Source: Trypanosoma brucei (Eukaryota). From it: 64,000 nt of DNA. The notes under the pieces were generated by a model, which was given only the letters and a program-made list of their open reading frames with translations, searched no databases and was not told the origin of the DNA. This document shows positions 61,888-64,000 of the stretch, piece after piece. Position 1 is the first letter of the stretch, and every line of letters starts with the position of its first letter. The stretch lies in NCBI GenBank assembly GCA_000002445.1, contig CM000208.1, positions 1,440,001-1,504,000 on the forward strand, in the 5' to 3' direction. A program made the position numbers and the translations under genes.

Positions 61888-62672
61888 ATAATATATTATT
61901 TTCCTTTTGGCGGCCGCCACTTCTACACACGCACTCCCTTCGCTTCGTTTTCCTCTTGCCCAATTCTCTCTCGCTTTTTCTTTAGGGAAATAAATTCAAG
62001 ATATACATACATATATATATATACGAGCATATATGGGCATATATGTGTGAGAAGAAAAGAAAAAAAGGTAAAGAAGGAAAAAAAAAAGAAACTAAGCCTG
62101 AGTCAGAGGACAAAATGTAAACAAACAACATTAATTGTTTGCCATGTGAACACAGCACTTGTCCTCACCTCCTCTTAACATTTATTGCTTTGTACTGCCA
62201 GTTAATGGGGTGGGGAAGAAAAGATAATTTCAATTCAACAACAATACACGCGGTCGCCGACGTGTTGTTTATTCACTCAAAGTCCTGTCGACCACCAGGA
62301 AAGAAAAAAGATAATCCAAGGATGAACCTCAGACACTTTCCTACAGCGGGTTTCACATAAAGGGGAGGGGAAAAAAAAACAAAGAAAAAAGGAAAGGAAG
62401 GGAAGGGAACAAAAGTGATGAAAAGGGGGGAAATGGCGCTAAGAACACAACGCCAGAAAAGGTGTATTTTTTTTTTTTTGAAAAAAGAGCAGAAACAGAA
62501 TATAGTGTGTCAATAAGGTAAAAATACAAGGGTATCGTGCACACTAATTAGAAAAGGGTTGAAAAAAAAAAAGAAACAAATATTATGCACACGGAGGAGC
62601 GGTGGTGGACCACAGTAGCAACAACCTCTAATCACTGGATGATACCCCCATGAAAAAAAAATTATATTAATG

Positions 62673-62680
<8 letters not shown>

Positions 62681-62710
<30 letters not shown>
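62681..62710. repeat. (TA)n microsatellite, about 15 units
   Basis: A perfect tatata... run. Confidence 0.9.
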
Positions 62711-62713
<3 letters not shown>

Positions 62714-63207
62714 TTTTCTCCCCCATACACCCTAAACACTCACAGCACTCTTACCTCCATTCACATCAGCAATTATGACACCCAACATAACTACAGTGAC
62801 AGAAAGCTGCCTCCATACTCGGAAAGTGGATTAACCTCAACATTCAAAGTTGTCCGACACATGTACCACAACATGGAGAAAAATATCAACTAAGTGAACA
62901 AATGCACGCCAACCTTCATGTGCTAAAGCTACAACTAATATATATGTGTGTTTGTACATATATGTTTACGACAACCTTACCGTATATGTAAACCGATAAT
63001 GGAGAACGAAAGCATTGTCGACCATAACCTGCTTCGCACTGTTCTTTCTTACAATGAAGCTCACCCCGTGCCGAACATACTTCACTTGTCATTACCGGCG
63101 CCACAACAGTTCACTACCGACTCACAAAGATAAAAAAAATGCAAAATAAATTGGGATTGTTGGCACCATATCACCATACACCCCGCTCCCTCACACAGTC
63201 AATAAAA

Positions 63208-63221
63208 CCCACCCACCCACC

Positions 63222-63257
<36 letters not shown>

Positions 63258-63258
63258 G
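63208..63258. repeat. (CCCA)n(CA)n compound microsatellite
   Basis: cccacccacccacccacccacccacacacacacacacacacacacaca. Confidence 0.9.
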
Positions 63259-63621
63259 CCATTGGTGTCAAACCCATCGAAAGAAAACAAGCTTATGTCT
63301 TGAAGAAACACAACAGAAAAAAAAAATCCAGCACCGCTCCCACAAACATATGAATCACCTCACATCCACAGAACACGTTGGCACCGCTGCTCATCACCGG
63401 GGCTGAGGAAAGTGTAAGTGAAGAAGAAGGGAGGGAAAAAAGGAACAAAGAAGTATCTATGCCCGCAGTAGGTAGCCTCGTGTACACCGTCGAAAGACAG
63501 AAGAAACACAAATAAAAGGGAGGAAAGTGAAGAAAGGATGCAATTGGAGAAATAGGGGAGTTGGGAATGGGGCCCATGTACCGCTTCATGCCCAACACAT
63601 CCCCCCCTTGTTGGTGAAACA

Positions 63622-63996
63622 TTAGTCAAAACGACAAAGCCGGAGAAATTCTTCCAACGTAGCGCGGCGCGTCACAATCTTCTCAACCTGTGAATAACAC
63701 TCCCTATCATCCATGACCTCATCAAACATGGCGCGCAGGCCGCGCTCCTCGTGTGTCCCTCCATTGGTTTCGGCATTCCCCTGCTGAGTTTTCTCAGGAG
63801 TCATCAGCTCACAAGTACTGTTCTCATCTACATCCCTGCCGCCGACTGCATCAGCATCTGCGTAAAGATAGTCTACACAGAGTAGGCAGCCTTTAAGCAT
63901 TGACCGCACCTCCATACTAAGCGAAGCCTCATCTATATACGGTAAGACTTCCTCTGCAGTTGATAGCAACCCGTCCAGCAACGGCAAAAACGTCAT
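63622..63996 (-). CDS. Small acidic hypothetical ORF at window edge (may extend 5' beyond the window)
   Basis: 124-aa ORF whose ATG sits 4 nt from the window end, so the real N-terminus is uncertain. No recognisable domain. Confidence 0.3.
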   Translation of the reverse strand: MTFLPLLDGLLSTAEEVLPYIDEASLSMEVRSMLKGCLLCVDYLYADADAVGGRDVDENSTCELMTPEKTQQGNAETNGGTHEERGLRAMFDEVMDDRECYSQVEKIVTRRATLEEFLRLCRFD

Positions 63997-64000
63997 TTTG

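Noticed and set aside
1-64000. Prokaryotic-style features (CRISPR array, defence island, operon, IS element, integron).
   Set aside because: The sequence is eukaryotic and kinetoplastid-like. There are no direct-repeat/spacer arrays, no inverted-repeat-bounded transposase genes and no Shine-Dalgarno-linked gene clusters. The repeats present are microsatellites and one segmental gene duplication.

Overview
The window reads as a kinetoplastid nuclear chromosome segment, most consistent with an African trypanosome of the Trypanosoma brucei group. The basis is compact intronless genes, about 48-50% GC, purine/pyrimidine-skewed intergenic spacers, many (CA)n/(TA)n microsatellites and the gene content. 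All 19 supported protein-coding genes lie on the minus strand, so the whole 64 kb is interior to one polycistronic transcription unit with no strand-switch region. The window holds no prokaryotic features (no CRISPR, no operon-style defence islands), no rRNA, and no tRNA I can defend by eye. In order on the minus strand the genes are: a BART/CFAP36-like ARL2/3-binding coiled-coil protein; two adjacent multi-finger RanBP2-type (ZRANB2-like, RNA-binding signature) zinc-finger proteins; translation elongation factor 1-beta; a giant (4746 aa) VPS13/chorein-family lipid-transfer protein; a small RIIa/DPY-30-like protein; two Ser/Pro-rich low-complexity hypotheticals; a Kelch beta-propeller protein; two further hypotheticals (one basic/coiled-coil); an XRN-family 5'-3' exoribonuclease-like protein; a tandem pair of near-identical NEK-type Ser/Thr kinases with C-terminal PH domains; an ELMO-domain protein; a B-box zinc-finger/coiled-coil (TRIM-like) protein; a leucine-rich-repeat protein; a coiled-coil hypothetical; and a small ORF touching the window end. 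The adjacent RanBP2 zinc-finger pair and the tandem NEK-PH kinases match known families. I do not see a convincing previously undescribed system here. The observations worth a second look are the CDS-restricted kinase duplication, the paired poly-RanBP2-finger genes, a G-rich degenerate minisatellite inside an unusually long (about 3.2 kb) gene-free spacer, several long ORF-free spacers that could hide ncRNAs, and G/C homopolymer tracts. From memory, the gene order (EF1-beta ... tandem NEK-PH kinases) resembles the T. brucei chromosome 10 neighbourhood of the NEK17 array, but I cannot verify that without a search.
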